A program made the position numbers and the translations under genes. A DNA stretch of 64,000 bases. Source: Octopus sinensis (lineage: Eukaryota). Location of the stretch: contig NC_043002.1 of NCBI RefSeq assembly GCF_006345805.1, forward strand, positions 116,374,001 through 116,438,000. The letters run 5' to 3'. How positions within the stretch are numbered: position 1 is the first letter of the stretch; each line of letters opens with the position of its first letter. The notes below the pieces were generated by a model. The model was not told the DNA's origin and searched no databases. It worked only from the letters and a program-made list of their open reading frames with translations. Positions 26,847-40,289 of the stretch are shown one piece after another.

Positions 26847-29330
26847 CAAGCATATATTCACCCAGGCGCATACACACAACCCACTTATGCTTACACAGCG
26901 GGCTCTTTTCGTGGCAGCTGTCCACTTAGCGGTGAATGCTGAGTGAGTGATAAATGTAATGTTGTACACCGACCGTTATTAGCGATTCTAAAGTGAACTG
27001 GAGTGCAGAGCTTGATCTGAAACTGAATCAGATTCACCTAGTACCTAATGCTGACAGGTGTACTGAAGCACTGATATACATTCTACCTAGAATAGAATGA
27101 AATGCAAGTAGTAGATTTAAATCATAAACACTTGAGCAGATTGTCACAATCCTTAGCAATTTAACTAGCTTGTATCTATATATGCACTCACATCCATATA
27201 CATAAAAATACTCACAAACATTTTTGAGTGGATGGTTTATAGATGTATATTTATATATATTCAAATTATCTATATGAAGTATAATCACATACATCATACG
27301 ATAGGATTTTGTTGATAAAAATATTGATAAAGTATCTTTCATGCAATGAAATTTAATTTTATTCTCTATGAAAGCTTTAATGTCAATTCACATTTAAAAA
27401 AATCTATTCATAGAATTTAGAACAAAAACCATATACTTATGTTTTTCGCTTATGGTGTCTCCTTTCGAAAACACTTCACATTTCTGATTTTTATACTTGT
27501 ATTATATCAAATGTACTTATACCTATATATAAACCGTATGCATATATTTATGGTATTTAATTTTGCTCTCTTAACTATTTTACTGTCTCATATCAACACC
27601 ATTAATTATCATGACTGTTGTAGGTGCATCGATTTACCTTTATAAAGTATGACATTTCACTGTAAGCAACAGCTATTGGCGATAGTTGAAATGTACGATA
27701 CAATCTAACAAGCTTTGCTCATATTTGGGTACTTTGGTTATATTTTTGAACTCTCTTTAGCACGACCTCTTTGAGTATTCATAAACAACATTAATGAGGT
27801 AGGCACATACATATACCCACATTAAAATACCCTCATGAATGGGTTATATATAACAGCTCGTCTTTATATAGTTGACGTGTACTTTGGAACGCATATCGCC
27901 ACCCACGTTACCAAAAGAGGGTATTATATACATGGAGAAACTTACTGGATAGAATTGCGTATCATTTGATGTTCAGTAAATGGCACATTAAAGGATAGAA
28001 ATCTCATAATCCGATACCTACTCATCTGATTGCGAGAGATTTATTATTAGTGATCTTGCAAACCAGTACAACAAATGATAGTTGAACGGTTGTACAGTCG
28101 GTGACTAAATCAACAAATACAGTAAGTTTGGTCACACTGTGGGATGAAAAACAAAACCTGTCAAAATAGGCAGATGAACTCAAGAGTGTGAACAGCTATC
28201 CAAGTTAATAAATCCACTGCAGATGGACGGAAATCCGTCACGTTCTGGACGTCTATCGGCCAATCCCTGCAATAGCTGTAGAATCAGTACTTGGCAGTTG
28301 CACATTTTGTAACGCACAAAGAGAATGCTAAAAGTAACTGCAAAGTTAGTATTTAAATTTGTTGAAAGTAATCCTATAAAGAAGGGCTCTTAAGTATAGC
28401 TTATCTGTCATTAGCCGTGTTACCTGCAATCACGCTACCTGTTTTCCGTTGTGCTGAGTGAAATCTCTATATGATTCCATATTTCATTTAAAGCATTGAC
28501 CCTCGTAAATGAATGTCCTTTTGTGGTCAGAAAAGTGGTACCAGTCGACTTCTTTTGTAATCTTCGTGGGAGATTTAACAGCAACCAACTACCATTCTCC
28601 AACTGTCGATAGTAATGCTGTGTCTATTGCCACAGTAATTAAACATTTTAATTAAATTTGATGCAGCGATTTGTATAAATTGCGAATTCTTGGCTGCTAT
28701 TCCGATTCATAAACTGCTTATATGTGGGCAATGATTATTTTCGATGTAATTATGTGCTACGGAATGAGCTATAGATGTCAACCAACACTGTGTGAGTAGA
28801 ATTATTAAACTTAATTTACATTTTTGGAAGTTGCAAACGACTGTGATTTATTTTTAATAAAATCTTTGCGAGGAGAGAATTCAGCTAAACTAGTTTCACT
28901 CTGAGTTGAAACTTGCCCGGTAACTGACTTCCATTTACTAAATATCCTCAGTGATATTGTATTTATTGTCGTTATCGTCGAGGCATTTATTATATCAATA
29001 TACAGAGGTTTGTATTAATCACACATTCTTGGCAGTTATTTCGATGTCCTGTGTATTTAATCCCGTTTAATAGATTTATACAATTTCTCTTTATTTTTCT
29101 GTTCATTTGCGGTTGTATTAAAGAAAAAGCATTGTTTTCATTAAGTTTAATTATTAGTTTGGCTGAAATCTATAAAGTTATCATGTATTGCATCAGAGCA
29201 TCAAAAACGGACTTAACTCAGACGTCAGCAACTTATTTACCGAACTAGCCACCAAGACTTCCTTTATTCAAATCAAGTTATCAGAGTCAAAAAGAGCGCT
29301 CAATAATAACGGCTAGAAATACCATATCGT

Positions 29331-30137
29331 TTTCTTTCACTTGTTTCAATCGTTTGACTGCGGCCATGTTGGGGCAACGCCTTGAAGTGTTTTAGTCGAA
29401 TAAATCGACCCCAAGACTGTTTTTTTGGGCCTGGTACTTATTCTATCAGTGTCTTTTGCAGAAACACTTAATTACGAGGATATAAACATACCAACACCGG
29501 TTTTCAAGCGGTGGTGGAGGTGGAGGACAAACACAGACGTAGACACACACAAATATACACATATACACATATACGTCGGTCTTCTTTCAGTTTTCGTCTA
29601 CCAAATCCACACACAAGACTTCGGTCGGGACGAGACTATGGTAGAAGACACTTAAGGTTTCATGCAGTGGTACTGAACCCAGAACCATGTGATCGGGAAG
29701 CAAGCTTCTTACCACTCAGCCACGCCAGTGCCTATTTATCTTTTACTTGTCTCAGTCATTTGACCGCAGCTATGCTGGGACACCACTTTGAAGAATCTAT
29801 AGCCGAATGTATCGATCCCAATAGGTATTTCTTGAAGCCTGCCACTTATTCTATCGTTCCTTTTTGCCGAAACTCTGTTACGGGACGTAAAGAAACCAGC
29901 ACCGGTTGTCAAGCGGTGGTGGGGGGATAAAAATAAACACAAAGCCACCCACACGCGCGCACCTACCTACACACCCACATACACAGTCATATACGACGGG
30001 CTTCTTTCAGTTTCCGTCTACTAAATCCACTTACAAGGCTTTGGTCGGCCCGGGGCTATAGTAGAAGACACTTGTCCAAGGTGCTATGCAGTGGAACTGA
30101 ACCTGGAAGCAAGCTTCTTACAGCCACGCCTGCGCCT
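29331..30137 (-). mobile_element. Two tandem tRNA-derived SINEs (CORE-like family)
   Basis: Copies at about 29331-29733 and 29735-30137, each ending cagccacgcc.g.gcct. Confidence 0.85.
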
Positions 30138-30499
30138 ATGTGACCTTATTTATAATTAATTGTGGCATATTCCTGTAAGATGAAAATTGAAATTAGTCCA
30201 GCTGATCCCTCTTTTCTCTCCATTGCTAGAGTGTATAAAAATTAATTTCCAGATGCGCTGTTAACTGGAATGTAAAGATTTATTCTATAGAATTTTATAT
30301 CATGCAAAATAACACCGGTAACATGTCAATAATGTTTACACCATAACTAGGCTGAATAATAGGGTGATGTAGACATTACAAAACTACAAAAGAACCCTAT
30401 TGAAGATATCCTTCATAGTAGCCGTAAAATAGAACAGGAGTAGACATCCCAAGACCACCGAGCACAGAAAAAGTAAGTTCGTGGATAGGAATATAAGAT

Positions 30500-32300
30500 C
30501 AATTCTAGAAAGAGATATATGGTTGAGGCTCCGGAATCGTGGGAAACAACAAAATCCATGCAGTTAGGAATCCAGATACTGTTCGCTTTGCCTCACAGTG
30601 CAAGACATAGATTTAACTGTGAGGGAGTCGTCAAGACTGAATTCAGAGAAATAAGGGCAACAGAAGATGCAATTAGAATAATAACAAAATAAAGGAAATA
30701 ACTAAAAAAAAAAAGAAAATTGCTAATTGCAATGACATACAAAGCTCATATACTGCACTGAAGGATGCACTGAAGGGACCTCAAAAGCGAGGTACCAATC
30801 TGCTGAAATCAGATGTTTCAGGAAAAACGATACAAATTAATTACTTTACGAATCACTTTCAGCAAATAAGAAGATTACTGGAAGTGAGAAACTCAGTAGT
30901 TCAATATGGGACCCAAAGGAGAAGATGCCCCATCTGTATGGTGTTCTATCTCAGACAAATCTAGAGAAAACATTTGGAGTAGTGTACCACATGCGCTTAA
31001 TGTTGACTTCACGAAGGCATTCGACACAGTAAATAAGTTGAATCAAAGTAAAATAGTCAGAGGTTTTAGATGTTCGGGAAACTTGACTCGTATAAAAAAG
31101 TCCCTGTGCACTTAAATCAAGGCTCAAGTCACGATGAAGAGCTTCAGCTCTGTACAGTTTGAGGTTACTGTCAGAATAAAGCAGAGCTATGTTCTAGCGT
31201 GGAGGCGCAATGGCCCAGTGGTTAGGGCAGCGGACTCGCGGTCGTAGGATCGAGGTTTTGATTCCCACACCGGGCATTGTTAGTGTTTATTGAGCGAAAA
31301 TACCTAAAGCTCCACGAGGCTCTGGCAGGGCGTGGTGGCGAACCCTGCTGTACTCTTTCACCACAACTTTCTCTTACTCTTTCTTCCTGTTTCTGTTGTA
31401 CCTGTATTTCAAAGGGCCAGCCTTGTCACAAACCGTGTCACGCTGAATCTCTCTGAGAACTACGTTAAGGGTACACGTGTCTGTGGAGTGCTCAGTCACT
31501 TGCATGTTAATTTCACGAGCAGGCTGTTCCGTTGTTCGGATCAACTGGAATCCTCCTCGTCGAAACTTACGGAGTGCCACGACGACGATGTTCTAGCGCT
31601 AGCGTTATTCTTATTAATATGTCCGCAATACTCTTAGAGGGATTCTGCAACTCAAATGAAGGAATACACACACACACACATACACACGCGCACACACACG
31701 CACACACACACACACACACACACAGACTCACACACACACAGACTCACACACGCATACACAAACTCATACACACACACACACATGCACGCACATGCAAGCA
31801 CACACAAAAGCCCTGATGTTAAAGTCTCGCATCTCAAAGCCAATACATAAAGTTTAGAGGGAAAATTAATATCTGGATTGAATAGATAATGTTTAGATTG
31901 AACTGAAGTATTTTAAACAGCAAATACCAACTCGAGCTAAGTGGCACAACCTGAGTTCACCGTGACAACTGATATACTGGAAATAAGCAAGAGACATTTC
32001 TAAAACATTGCTAGCATTCATGATGTCACATCAAAGTCTGATCATGCATTTTATACAGAAAGAGAGGACAGGATAATCCTAACCCTAAACTAAGCGGAGA
32101 TCTCTGATATGCAAGAAATATTGCTTCGACGAAATCAACACTGGCTGTGGCATGGTCAAGGAAGAGAGAAAACTCGATTTCCAAGAAAATTCTCGCAATT
32201 GTCTTGGTCGTACGAGAAATCGGATAACACATTGTCTAGATACAAGTATGTAACATTAGAGTAGACCTTGATACTCACAACCGGATCACATGAACAAAGA
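30500..32300 (+). mobile_element. RTE-clade LINE RT relic interrupted by a SINE and a (CA)n tract
   Basis: VDFTKAFDTVN, FEVTVRIKQSYVLA|LALFL across the SINE insertion, SHLKANT resembling RLKAKTKV. Confidence 0.7.
31200..31587 (+). mobile_element. Full-length tRNA-derived SINE with 11-bp TSD
   Basis: Head tggaggcgcaatggcccagtggttagggcagcggactc with B-box-like ggttttgattccc; (gac)n tail; TSD atgttctagcg at 31189-31199 and 31588-31598. Confidence 0.92.
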
Positions 32301-32634
32301 ACAGAAATGGTGGAAGAAAATTCATTGCTTGTACTGCGGCTCGATACATTTCACATGAACAGTCATTGTCGTGCGATGAGTGTTATATGCGTAATCGAAT
32401 TGGTCGCCTATTACTGTTTTCGCTATTTTGTCAGTTGCAGAAAGGGAAAATATATTCTTCAGGGTTTCAGCTAAAATCCCTAATTACATTTTTTATGTAC
32501 ATTCTTCATTTTAACGAATTCTCTCAAAAGGTTTAAAATTAGAAAGAGAAAAGACTGCGTTTAAAATCTTTACTCAATCATCTGCCTATCTTCTAATAAA
32601 TTAATAAACTGATTGACTGCGTAACTATTATCAA

Positions 32635-32638
32635 TCTA

Positions 32639-32684
<46 letters not shown>

Positions 32685-32734
32685 GTCTGTCTGTCTGTCT
32701 GTCTGCCTGCCTGCCTGTCTGTCTGCCTGCCTGC

Positions 32735-32784
<50 letters not shown>

Positions 32785-32790
32785 GATATT
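32635..32790. repeat. (CTGT)n/(CTGC)n/(CT)n/(CTAT)n compound microsatellite
   Basis: Directly visible. Confidence 0.95.
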
Positions 32791-34292
32791 ACTATACAAC
32801 TATGAAGTGAATATATTTCAATTAAAATTACTTGCTATGTGCGTATTAAAAGACTATTTATAAGTTAGTTTGTAAATAATAGTTAATTCTTCTTCTGTGT
32901 TGCGGACTCCGGGTACTTTGATATTCCGATATAACTAAATATCTAATTTGTGCGTATATGAGAAGCAGGCGGGTGTATATGAGAGGCAAACGTGAATTAT
33001 TCTTACTCCCGTCGAGATTACCATGTTTGATAGTTATGTAATTGATTTATAATTAATTCTATTTATAATTAATTCTTTTTAAGATAATTCCACCGCAAAA
33101 ACTATCTTCCTGCATAATTTTGTTGGAAAGTATGCCTGCAACTCCAAAATATAGTTCTCTTCCGAAAATGCTCTATCCTTCACTCTCTTTCATTTCCACA
33201 TGACTGTGCCTTTCTTCCAAGCAAATGTAAAGAAATCTGCGTTTATAGATATTCATATATTTACTTTCTACATTTTACATATCTTATAATAACGTTAGGC
33301 ATTCATAAATATATTTGTTTCTAAAAGGTACACTTAGAAGTTGTACTGAGAAAATTTAATTTCAAGTAATAGCACGATAAATATAATTTGTAAGTTCAAT
33401 GCACAAAGCAAATAACCATCCTCACTATGACTAGAATTCTTTAGTTTCTATGGAAAATCTAATGATTATCTAGTGTTAACCTTTAGCTAGCACTGTGAAT
33501 AAGACGAGTTTCAATGCTTGTACAGAATTACCTTATCGTTTGACGTTACTATCGCTGCTTTTGTATTTGAATGTTTGAATTGTGAGTTAATTTGTTAGCA
33601 TTGAATGCCAACTCTTTTCCTACATCAGCCTGCTCTTGATCTCTGTGACCAACAGAGAAGTAGATCTATTTGCTATTGCTTTCCTTATATCGATTACTAG
33701 ATACTGAATTATGGTCTCTAAGGAGAAAGAATTGATATGTTAATCTTATTATCCTTGAAAGTATACAATACTATTAGAGACATTCTAGCGAATCTTGTAA
33801 CAGTCATATTCAGCAGAAGGATGTGCATTAGAGACGACTTATTTGAGTTAATCACTAGCTAATCATGTTCAAGTGCAGTGACCGTATTCATAAGGCGTTA
33901 AGCGAATTTATCTTATGGGCTGAAAGCTTGTATAAAGTCATAGGTGATACATTTTGTCCTCAGCAAAAGCATTTAACACTTTTTCATTCATTACTGGCTT
34001 CTAACAATCTCAGAAACATATTGTTAGTGAGATTCAGTAAAATAAATTTGTTTATTGGACAATGGAATATAGAAAAATCAATTGTTTATTACATTTTAAA
34101 ACATCAAATATGTATAATATTATTGCTAGAGTTGCATCAATAAAAGAATATTTTTTCAATATTTTCAAATAGTACTGACGTTATTAAAACGGATTTACAT
34201 TCACTCGGAATCATATGGCCAATAGTTATTAAATTTTCTTTCAAAGTATAAACGCAAGAGATAATTATCCTTTCAATAGTTATTTTCATATT

Positions 34293-35066
34293 CGTTTTTG
34301 AAATTATTTTTACCGGACAAACATTTATCATTATAAATTTATCTGAGAATTCTATTACTATTGAAGTATTGATGCAGTCAGTTGTGATTTTGCTAGTTTG
34401 ACTCAACACTGATATCTACTCAGTTTGCCATTCACTGATATATCAAATATATATTTAACATTTTACAAACTCTTGATATATTATCACAATACACTTAACG
34501 TACGCCTGATGAATTAAACGTATAGTCTCATGGGTCTGGCTCTTCATAGACAATACATTGTTTTTTAACATTCAAAGACATCTTTCTTATCTTCTATTAC
34601 TGCATTTAAAAAAATTACTAATAATACCCGTGAAAATGCTACGATTTATTTGAAATGGTTTTCAAAATGGATGGAAGTTTATACACACAATTTCTTTGGA
34701 AGTTGTATTTTGTGTGAAATATTTGATTTTTTAAATGATGTAAAATTTCATTCGTGTCACCTCTTCTCCTTTGAGAGTTGTTATGTAATATTTTTTCAGT
34801 TTACGCCAAAAAGTAAACAATCTTAACTAGAAAGAGATAAAAGACGTAAACCATCTATAATATCTTATTGCTGTACGACTTAGTTGGTTGAGCTCTATGT
34901 TGAATATATATTTGATTTATCAGTGAATGGTAAACTGAGTAGATATCAGTGTTGAGTCAAACTAGCAAAATCACAACTGCCCACATCAGTACTGCTATAG
35001 GTATAGAATTCTCGGATAAATTTATAATGATAAATGTTTGTCCGGTAAAAATAACTTCAAAATACG
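34293..35066. repeat. About 165-bp inverted repeat pair around an approximately 435-bp spacer (MITE/foldback-like)
   Basis: 34293-34460 versus 34898-35066, e.g. ttgtgattttgctagtttgactcaacactgatatctactcagttt / aaactgagtagatatcagtgttgagtcaaactagcaaaatcacaa. Confidence 0.85.
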
Positions 35067-35439
35067 GTGTGTTTTCGCAGAGAAAAGTTCATATGAAGTA
35101 TAGTAGTTGCTCCACTGAGCAGTAGATAGCTAAAAAGAGAAAGAAAACAGTAATATAGGTGTAGACATGGCTTTATGCTTTAAAACTATGCTTCATAACC
35201 GTGTAGTTCTTTGCTTGGTCGTATTGCGTGGTCGTACTACTACAACCTTCCGTGAAATACGACAAACAGTTACAAGATGAAAGTCATCGTATGTGTGTAT
35301 TTGTGTATACGTACACTACACACAGAGACAAACACACACATAAACACACACACATACATATATGCATATACATATGCATATAAATATATGTATATGTACG
35401 TATATATATATATGTATGTATATATACATGTATGTATAT

Positions 35440-35526
<87 letters not shown>

Positions 35527-35779
35527 CATACATATATATATGTATACATATATCTGTTTTTAAATGTCCGTGTGATTGGTGCACGCGCTTACATGCATCA
35601 ATTTATACTGCTCAAAACCAGTGTTGTATCTAATATCAATTCCACATACAAATATTGATAAAATTAAAGCCAAGCTTAAAATTAATTACTGGAGCTGATA
35701 TTCTCATCTAAAGCCTTGAAGGTGATGCTCCACCATAACTGCAATCCAACGGCGGGCAAAAAACGAAATGCCTAAATTA

Positions 35780-37143
35780 TATCAGACCATTGAGAATGAA
35801 ATGTCCGATTTTCTTATGCACCAAGTTTGACAGTCATTGACTCTAATGCTTCATCATGACAATTCTTTGTTTTACAACATTGAAGAGTTACATCATCACT
35901 TTTCGAAATGTAATTCCTGCTTATAGTGTGAGATTATATTGTGAGTTTCCTCTTGTAACTTAATTTTGTTAACTCATGGACAAATAAAAAGTTCGTGTTG
36001 TTTATGAATATGAGTTCAGCGTGGAACCAATGCATCCCAGACAGCTCGAAATATCAATGTGGAAATTGGTGAAGGTGTGATGAATGAGCGCACTGTACGT
36101 CGATGGTTTGAGAAGTTCCGGTCTGGTAACTTTACTCTTGAAAATCAAAGGTGGATAATGATGAACTGGAATCTGTAGTGGAAGTGCATATATCTCGCAC
36201 TACGCGTTAGTTAGCAGAGAGGTTTCGATTCCAACCGTTTTGGACCATCTGAAATATATCGGCAAGGTAAAGAAGCCGGACAAGTGGGTACCACACGAAA
36301 TGAAAGAGCATCAAATGACACGTCGCCTTGAAACTTGCTGTTCTTTGATGTCACGGCATAAAAGCAAACCATTTTTGCATCGTTTTGTTACGTGTGACGA
36401 AAATGGATTCTTTTCAACAATAGCAAGCGTTCTGCTCAGTGGTTGGATTCAGACGAAGTGCCAAAACACAAACCAGAAAAAGAATATTCACCCCCAAAAA
36501 AGCTAATAGTGTCTGTTTGGTGGTCCAGCGCTGGTGTCATCCACTACAGTTTCATGAGATCTGGTATAATACATACATAAAACATACAAATCTGCACATA
36601 CATACATTACATACATACATACATACATACATACAAACAAAATTACCCTGTTGTTGATGATGAAATTATAATGAAGGAGCCTTGGATATAGGTTAGAAAC
36701 TGGATGAAATGATGAGTGAACTTGCAATTAAACAACCGAGATTGGTCAATAGAGACAGGCAGCCAATTCTCTTGCAAGACAATACTCAATGTCATGTTGC
36801 ACAAAGAATGCTACTCGTTACAGGAACTGAACTTCGAAGTACTCTGTAATCCACCATATCCACCAGACCTTGCAACAACTGACTATCACGTTTTCCAGGC
36901 ATTAGACAACTTTTCGCAAGGAAAAACTTCAAATCTAAAGATGCAAAAACAGTCTTTTGTGATTTCATTACCTCTTGTTCTCCAGAATTCTTCGCTGCCG
37001 GCATAAATAAGCTACCAATAAAATGGCAAAATTGTGTTGATAATTTAGGTGCATACTTTGATTATTGCATTGCTTTTTGTTGAGATAAATTAAAATAAAC
37101 TTTCAGTTCAAAATCGGACATTTCATTCTTAATGACCGGATAT
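35780..37143 (+). mobile_element. Full-length decayed mariner element
   Basis: TIRs atatcagaccattgagaatgaaatgtccgatttt / aaaatcggacatttcattcttaatgaccggatat; WVPHE, FVTCDE, PPYPPDLATTDYHVF; frameshifts and a (TACA)n insert. Confidence 0.9.
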
Positions 37144-37156
37144 ATAAATACCATAC

Positions 37157-37219
37157 TAATCTTATTAATCTTATTAATCTTATTAATCTTATTAATCTTA
37201 TTAATCTTATTAATCTTAT
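37157..37219. repeat. 9-bp tandem repeat (taatcttat)x7
   Basis: Directly visible. Confidence 0.95.
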
Positions 37220-37306
37220 TCATATTATTTTCATTGCAAGAGTTACCATATAATATTTACGCTTGCCACGATAACATATTTCACGAAACTCCCGCTTAAA
37301 CTTTTT

Positions 37307-37371
37307 ATGTATGTATGTATGTATGTATGTATGCATGTATGTATGTATGTATGTATGTATGCATGTATGTT

Positions 37372-37403
<32 letters not shown>

Positions 37404-37458
37404 TGTATGTATGTATGTATGTATGTATGCTTGTATGTATGTATGTATGTATGCATGC

Positions 37459-37519
<61 letters not shown>

Positions 37520-37867
37520 TGTTTGTATGTATGTATGTATGCATGTATGTATGTATGTATGTATGTATGTTTGTATGTATGTATGTATGCATGTATGTAT
37601 GTATGTATGTATGTATGTATGTATGTATGTATGTATGTATGTATGTATGCATGCATGCATGTATGTATGTATGTATGTAAATATGTATGTATGTATGTAT
37701 GTATGTATGTTTGTATGTATGTATGTATGTATGTATGTATGCATGTATGTATGTATGTATGTATGTATGTAAGTATGTATGTATGTATGTATGTATGTAT
37801 ATGTATGTATGTATGTTTGTATGTATGTATGTATGTATGTATGTATGTATGTATGTATGTATGTTTG

Positions 37868-37898
<31 letters not shown>

Positions 37899-37999
37899 GT
37901 ATGTATGTATGTATGTATGTATGTATGTATGTATGAATGTATGTATGTGTGTATGTATGTATGTATGTATGTATGTATGCATGCATGTATGTATGTATG

Positions 38000-38033
<34 letters not shown>

Positions 38034-38095
38034 TGTATTATGTATGTATGTATGCATGTATGCATGTATGTATGTATGTATGTATGCATGCATGC

Positions 38096-38188
<93 letters not shown>

Positions 38189-38285
38189 TGTTTGTATGTA
38201 TGTATGTATGTATGTATGTTTGTATGTATGTATGTATGTTTGTATGTATGTATGTATGTATGTATGTTTGTATGCATGTATGTAC
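37307..38285. repeat. About 1-kb (TATG)n array with recurring variant units
   Basis: Directly visible; variants taaa, tttg, catg and taag recur. Confidence 0.97.
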
Positions 38286-38288
38286 GTA

Positions 38289-38496
38289 CGAGAGGATGCT
38301 GAAAAGTACCTGGCTTTGGTTTGAAGAAAATACATGAAGATAAGTTAATCGTGACTGTATTCCAATCTCAGTCAGATCCACACACTTATAGCAGCGGTCC
38401 TTCAGTTTCTCTAAACCTTGTAAAATAACTGAGAATTGGGCCTGCAACTAGGCTATTCGCAATACCCTTAAAGACGGGAACTTTTCAGCATCCCCG
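38289..38496 (-). mobile_element. Internally deleted mariner (about 208 bp, both TIRs)
   Basis: TA|cgagaggatgctgaaaagtacc ... ggaacttttcagcatccccg; minus strand encodes QGLEKLKDRCYKCVDL (mariner C-terminus). Confidence 0.8.
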
Positions 38497-38589
38497 TCTT
38501 TTGTCTGTCTGTCTTTTGTCTGTATGTCTGTCTGTATGTCTATTTCTCTGTGCAAAGAAGAAGGAATAAATAACTATCAATGAAAATGA

Positions 38590-39200
38590 AAATCTACGAA
38601 TTTGTTCCAGTGATGGAATATGATTCAAGGAAGTCAGTAACTGCAAGTACATTGGGTCCTCTGTTACAGTAAGAATGATTTCTTTTCATGCAAATGTTTC
38701 GAGTGCCAGTAACAAGCTTCAAAACATCGGTCAACCATAATTTTCCAAATCAAAAAAAACTTGTCTTCTTCATTGTATGTGTAGAGAGAATTCTCTTTTA
38801 AGGAGGTGAAACCCGAACAGCAAAGAAGATACTACAAGATAGCCTTGGTAGTGCATAATCAAAATTTCACGTGATCGCTCAAAAAATATTCATCGCATGA
38901 GCACAAGACCAAAGAGATGACTTATAGACACACATTCCACCTATTACTACTTGTATTTTTCAGTGCAGGGTTGGCTTTGCTAGCCACGTTTACCGTGCTG
39001 AACAACAGGCTTTATCAAATGTAATATTTTGGAGAGTTCCGAACACTAACAGAGTACAAAGACCATTCAACTCCATAGAATTTACTGGCAGAGATACACA
39101 ACATGGTATTGATAATCTACAAAAGCTAATGGGAGATAGAGAAGTATTTTGAGAAGCATCTCAACTGAGGTTGCTTGAAGGAGAAGATACATATATATGA
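38590..39200 (+). mobile_element. RTE-clade LINE 3' relic
   Basis: KYIGS.VT and RVGFASHVYRAEQ..VIFWRVP..RP resemble RTE post-RT motifs. Confidence 0.6.
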
Positions 39201-39444
39201 AAACAAATAAAGCTGTGTTGATTGGGATTAAATGAATATTCTGTCAGACGAAAGTTTATGTCAGCGTCGACATGCATTATATTAATTTTACCCTACTTTT
39301 AAAATTGAGTATCCGTAAATGCTCTGTTATTCACAAGCTTGCTTTAGAAGAACTTCGATGTAATACACACACGCACGCGCGCGCACAAACACACACACAA
39401 ACAAATACACACACACACACACACACATGCAAACATGCAAATGG

Positions 39445-39610
39445 TTTATGGTGCTTGTTTCGGTTCTTTATGTTTAGAATTCGAACACCGCTGAGGTCAA
39501 CTTACTCTTTCAGCCCCCCCCCCCCAGTGTCGATGAAATACAGTAATAGCTAAATACTGTTGTAGGTTTAATCAACTACCTTTCGCCCCAGAACTTCACA
39601 ACTAGGAGTG
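39445..39610 (+). mobile_element. Nin-type SINE, decayed
   Basis: gaattcgaacaccgctgaggtcaacttactctttca..gtcgatgaaatacagt. Confidence 0.55.
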
Positions 39611-39700
39611 TGTTAAAAAGTAAACCCCGATTTCTGTCGGTCAGGTGGTATATCGCAAGTCAACCCTTCCTATCAATATAAAAGCAGAACGAGTACAAAA

Positions 39701-39771
<71 letters not shown>

Positions 39772-39991
39772 TGTATGTATATATTATATATAACAAACGA
39801 CGGAACAAACGATTCCTTCACAGGGGTGTAAGACATCACTTTTACGGTAGTTGAATACCGCAGAAATAGGGGTATAAATACAAAATACAAAAAATAAATT
39901 AAATAGAGACGATCTAACAATTTATTACGTTATAATATAATATAAAAATAATATAACCAATTTAAAGCAAAACGAAAAAACAAATACAAAT

Positions 39992-40076
39992 AAACCCAAC
40001 AGTTTGTTTCGACTTATATACATTATTTGATTTATAAACAATTCATATCTATGTATACGAGCCTCTTCAGGGCCTT
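39992..40076 (-). ncRNA. Degenerate type I hammerhead ribozyme
   Basis: aaggcc-CUGAAGA-ggcu..aguc-GAAAC-aaacu-GUU-ggguuu; helix II good, helix I with one mismatch, helix III weak. Confidence 0.55.
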
Positions 40077-40289
40077 GGTTCAAAAGACAAACGAAATTCC
40101 ATGTAAAAGGACTACCAGATTGCATGGTACTGATTCAAAATACCTATGTTTAGGAGCGTGAGCGTTAACAATTCAAAACATAAGTACAAGAAAAGAACAA
40201 CAAAATTCAAAAGGATGAATTAATTAAGTAAAGAAAATTTATAACGGTCAAAAATGTTTTTATATATCTCCAATGTTTTTTTATATATC

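Noticed and set aside
31200-31270. tRNA-like sequences at SINE 5' ends
   Set aside because: They continue into SINE bodies, lack a complete cloverleaf and are multicopy; not tRNA genes.
37220-38447. Long ORFs of 200-380 aa (HTYI/MYVC repeats)
   Set aside because: Translations of the (TATG)n array, which lacks stop codons in most frames. The same applies to the YIYI, HTHT, poly-I/N and poly-S/L ORFs across the window.
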